From: Podarcis muralis
Taxonomy: Eukaryota
Reading direction: 5' to 3'
Assembly: GCF_964188315.1 (NCBI RefSeq)
Contig: NC_135655.1
Location: 59,706,001 to 59,770,000 of the forward strand
DNA: 64,000 bases
Each line of letters starts with the position of its first letter. Position 1 is the first letter of the stretch. The notes below the pieces were generated by a model. The model was not told the DNA's origin. It searched no databases and was given only the letters and a program-made list of their open reading frames with translations. Shown piece by piece: positions 61,975-64,000 of the stretch. The position numbers and the translations under genes were made by a program.

Positions 61975-62455
61975 GCCTATCTTTTTACATATATAATTAT
62001 GTTTTATTATTTTACAAATATAGAATTATAACAATCCAAATTACATATCCCTATTTAGAGATTTCTCCAAATCTCTGGACTTCTCCAAATCCATGGATCC
62101 TATTGTCCACCTTCTCAACTGCATATTATTTCATAGTCTATATTTTATATCTTTCCATATTATCCATAATATTCGCTACATTACAAGTGTTATTAAAATC
62201 CTGCTAAGGTTTTCATCTGCTTACAGTGGTCTCCTAGATAAATTATATTTTTTCTCATTCTTCGTTGAAGTTTTGGTTTTCTTGGTTTCTGAGCCTTCCA
62301 GTCAGTTTTGTCATTTGGCTTGATGGTTGCCATTAATTTGATTTTAATTTGATTTAATTAATTTTATAATGAATGTTTTAGAATGTCGGATTATTTTGAT
62401 TGTTGTTAGCCGCCCTGAGCCCAGCTTCGGCTGGGGAGGGCGGGATATAAATAAA

Positions 62456-62495
<40 letters not shown>

Positions 62496-62720
62496 TCGGC
62501 ATAGTCCAACAGCTTGGTTTGCCATGCCTCTCTGGTACGGACTTTGTCTTCTTTCCATCTCTGGGCTAGTAGCATCCGCATTTCTGTCACATACATGAAA
62601 AATGTCACAAACATGAAAAGTCTTTTCTGTTCCTTTGGAATGTCAGTACCTACAATTCCTAATAAAAGGCTTCTGGGTTTGTTTGTTTTTACAAAAGTTA
62701 TTTTAAACACTTTCTTTCAA
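61975..62720 (-). mobile_element. L1-like and L2 3' fragments with (TTA)n tail
   Basis: KPRSLLLGIVG...RMLLAQRWKE...WQTKLLDYAE (L1 ORF2 C-terminus); GTTAGCCGCCCTGAG...GGGCGGGATATAAAT plus (TTA)n (L2-type tail, + strand). Confidence 0.65.
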
Positions 62721-62817
62721 TTCATTGTTTCTAGTTTTGCTGTGCGCCACAAACCAATCATAAAGCACCAAACAAGTCACACGAACCAGCACTGCAGATT
62801 AACACTGATTTATTAAC

Positions 62818-62907
62818 CATAGCTGACAACGTTTTCCCTTTTTTAAGGGAAATTCCCTTATTCCGAATAGGATTCCTCGCAAGAAAAGGGAAACGTTGAC
62901 AGCTATG
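62818..62907. mobile_element. 90-bp hAT MITE (same family as 41375-41464)
   Basis: TIR CATAGCTG.CAAC / GTTGACAGCTATG; perfect 8-bp TSD TTATTAAC. Confidence 0.9.
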
Positions 62908-63029
62908 TTATTAACAGCAACAGAAAACCCTAAGGTATTTGTTTCTGCCACACAGTTTTAAAATGAAGTCGTAGTATATTTATATAGAGTATATAAGGGA
63001 TTTTTGGGGGGTCATGTTTACCAGTCGAA

Positions 63030-63536
63030 AAGCCGACGTCGTTCATTGGACGAGCTCTTTCAAGCCGCTGTTTGCGGTTCAATGTTATTTAACCGCAAGC
63101 TAGTTAAAGGCTTGGAGCGGGGAAATTGTTTATTAAACCGCTAAATTTTAGCAATTTATGCGTGAGATTGGCCGCCTCAGGCCTTCCTTTCAACGGTCAT
63201 CTCTCGTCGTGGACTTAAACCATGGAAACAGCCCCCTCCGCTGCCCGCCTGACTTCATAATCCTCAAGAGTTAGGGATGCAGGGCAGTTTATCGGGGCCT
63301 TCCCCTCAAATCCCGCCGCGGGTACAAAAACAAAGCAAACACTCGCGCACTTATCAAGTTTGGCTCACTAGGCCCGCCGTAGACTCTCCCTTTCCTCCCC
63401 CCCGCTTCGCACACGCCCCGCCTTCTAGCTGCCGGAAGCGCCAACCCGGAAGTTTGGGTGCTCTCGGTAGCCGCACGTGCTCCAGTCCGCCTCGCCGGGA
63501 AGAGGGGCGGAGTTCCAAGGACTCTCCTGGCCGGCC
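63030..63536 (+). promoter_or_regulatory. PRMT3: CpG-island housekeeping promoter of PRMT3
   Basis: CpG-dense; ETS-type CCGGAAGC (63432) and CCGGAAGT (63446), E-box CACGTG (63474), GC box GGGGCGGAG (63504); no TATA seen. Confidence 0.8.
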
Positions 63537-63564
63537 ATGAGCTCCCGGGCAGCTGTGGTGATTG
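63537..63564 (+). CDS. PRMT3: Protein arginine N-methyltransferase 3, coding exon 1 (MSSRAAVVI-G)
   Basis: GGCC-ATG start, 28 coding nt, donor G|GTAGGT; phase fits the next exon. Confidence 0.75.
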
Positions 63565-63652
63565 GTAGGTTCCTTCTTTCCTCCGTCCGAAGGTTCCGGC
63601 GGGGCTGAACCTCCAAGCCCCGCGGCTCATCCCTCTTCTCGTTTCCTCGCAG

Positions 63653-63782
63653 GCGAGATGCAGGCGGGGGATGGTCCGGACAGCGAGCCTTGCTCGTCTG
63701 ACGACGACGGCAGCGACGGCGCCTGGGAGGAAGACGACGAGTCGAAAGCGCCCGCGCTGGCCTCGTGCCTCTTCTGCGACAG
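63653..63782 (+). CDS. PRMT3: Protein arginine N-methyltransferase 3, exon 2
   Basis: Acceptor tttcctcgcAG; EMQAGDGPDSEPCSSDDDGSDGAWEEDDESKAPALASCLFCDR matches the PRMT3 acidic N-terminus (..AWEDEDD...CLFCNR) leading into the C2H2 zinc finger; donor AG|GTTCGG. Confidence 0.88.
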
Positions 63783-64000
63783 GTTCGGTTCCGTTTGCCT
63801 CGTGCCCCCGGGTCAGAGGGGAGTCTCCACCCCGACAAGCCTCTCAGCTCTTGCTTTGATCTCAGCAGTGGCTTCAGCAGCTCCCGTCGCCTAGTATATC
63901 TGCATCTTTTTCTCATTCCCTTCCTCTGCATTAGTAGAGCCCCCCCCCCACCTCCCCGCAGCAGCTTCCAACAACAGTAATTATATAGGATACGGAGCAG

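Noticed and set aside
1-64000. rRNA, stand-alone tRNA genes, CRISPR arrays, DBX1 or HTATIP2 exons
   Set aside because: None seen. tRNA-like boxes occur only as SINE heads, and no homeobox or HTATIP2 motifs were found in any frame I read.

Overview
Vertebrate DNA, almost certainly a squamate lizard. Sauria SINEs, BovB, L2 and lizard-type MITEs are present, and the SINE variant suggests a lacertid (inference). The only clearly functional host gene is the 5' end of PRMT3 (exons 1-2 plus a CpG-island promoter, + strand, 63.0-63.8 kb). The main unexpected result is that much of the apparently intergenic 1.8-56.6 kb region carries, on the + strand only, dozens of splice-signal-flanked fragments that translate into eroded cadherin (EC) repeat motifs with many stops and frameshifts. 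I read this as the remnant of a very large multi-exon cadherin gene (unitary pseudogene) directly upstream of PRMT3. Several TEs have landed inside its former exons. The window also holds: an intact-looking 5,136-bp Ty1/copia retrotransposon (single 1321-aa ORF, 440-bp LTRs with no difference I could find, non-canonical termini, half-tRNA-iMet-type PBS); an 823-bp solo LTR with a 5-bp TSD; a 5'-truncated BovB; a Tc1 IR/DR fragment; and many L1/L2/RTE/SINE/MITE pieces. There is a 164-N assembly gap. All protein assignments come from by-eye translation and recalled family motifs; no database searches were run.
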